Of a DNA stretch of 64,000 nucleotides, positions 63,225 to 64,000 are shown piece by piece. Within the stretch, counting starts at the first letter, position 1; each line of letters starts with the position of its first letter. Origin of the DNA: Lysobacterales bacterium (GTDB lineage: Bacteria > Pseudomonadota > Gammaproteobacteria > Xanthomonadales > SZUA-5); the NCBI GenBank assembly GCA_022844165.1, contig JALHMH010000010.1, positions 1 to 64,000 on the forward strand, given 5' to 3'. The notes beneath the pieces are model-generated. The model did no database searches, was not told where the DNA came from, and worked only from the letters and a program-made list of their open reading frames with translations. The translations under genes and the position numbers were made by a program.

Positions 63225-64000
63225 ATGTCTAACCCAACCGAAAACCTGGGCGTCGAGAGCGAGTTCTTCGGCCATCGGCACGTGACACAAATCGATAGCC
63301 GGATGCGCACCCTGGCGACCGACTTACGCGAAGCGTGGGCGTACCGCGATCTCCTGGTCATGCTCATCCAGCGCGACATCACCGTGCGCTACAAGCAAAG
63401 CGTGGTTGGCATCGCCTGGGCGGTGATCCAGCCGCTGACGATGATGCTGATCTTCACCGTCATCTTCGGTGGTTTTGCCAAGTTGCCGTCCGACGGCGTG
63501 CCCTATCCGCTTTTCGCGATGGCTGCACTCATGCCGTGGCTGTACTTCTCGCGCGCGCTCACAGGCAGCGGCGATAGTCTGGTCGGTTCAGCGCATCTGG
63601 TCAGCAAGGTCTATTTCCCACGCATCATTTTGCCGATCGGCAAAGCCGTCTCCAGCCTCGTCGATTTTGCGATCACCTTAGTGCTTGCGGCAGTACTGCT
63701 CGCCTGGTACGGCATCAATCCAGGCTGGAAGGTGCTGACATTGCCGCTGTTCGTACTGATGGCGATGTTCACCGCGCTTGCGATCGGGTTCTGGCTGACG
63801 GCGCTGAATGTGCGCTACCGCGATGTCGGGCTGGTGACGCCCTTCATCATTCAGATCTGGATGTATATCTCGCCGATCGCCTATTCCATGTCGATTGTGC
63901 CGGAGGCCTGGCGCTGGCTGTATGCGCTGAATCCGATCGTCGGTATCGTCGAGGGATTCCGCTGGGCACTGTTTGGTCGGGCGCTGCCCGAACTCGAACC
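63225..64000 (+). CDS. wzm: ABC-2 polysaccharide export permease (Wzm-like), runs off the window end
   Basis: W.YRDLL..LIQRDI.VRYKQSVVGIAWAVIQPL, LVSKVYFPR, ALNVRYRD and LNP motifs. Absent from the ORF track because there is no stop in the window. Confidence 0.9.
   Translation, partial: MSNPTENLGVESEFFGHRHVTQIDSRMRTLATDLREAWAYRDLLVMLIQRDITVRYKQSVVGIAWAVIQPLTMMLIFTVIFGGFAKLPSDGVPYPLFAMAALMPWLYFSRALTGSGDSLVGSAHLVSKVYFPRIILPIGKAVSSLVDFAITLVLAAVLLAWYGINPGWKVLTLPLFVLMAMFTALAIGFWLTALNVRYRDVGLVTPFIIQIWMYISPIAYSMSIVPEAWRWLYALNPIVGIVEGFRWALFGRALPELE

Overview
A GC-rich gammaproteobacterial chromosome segment; protein sequences resemble Xanthomonadales/Lysobacterales. Most of it is housekeeping: pth-rplY-prs-tRNA-Gln-ispE-hemB, hsp20-cbpA, ettA, colRS-like, rho, pcm-tolC, a MetX-family acyltransferase, ftsEX, ung, manC, rne/rluC, rpiA, ychF, lolCD, sdhE, ptrB, rpmE2, phoPQ, waaA/lpxL and gltA. 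The left accessory end (1-6000) holds an RHS/YD gene cut off beside an intact HUH/Y1 REP-associated tyrosine transposase (RAYT-like), an IS21 left end fused to a probable IS1634 3' remnant, and an ECF sigma/Ser-Thr kinase-TPR pair. The right end (57100-64000) is an RfaH/ops-controlled polysaccharide locus carrying a vapBC module and a decayed second PIN toxin. The strongest unexplained signal is a dispersed multi-hairpin repeat of about 80-180 bp (copies near 8200, 39900 and 53000, plus a collapsed copy near 52360). It overlaps TAG stop codons, shows a compensatory base change, and two inward-facing copies bracket a 5'-truncated TauD-like gene. No CRISPR array or rRNA was seen. All calls come from reading the sequence and recalled family motifs; no searches were run.
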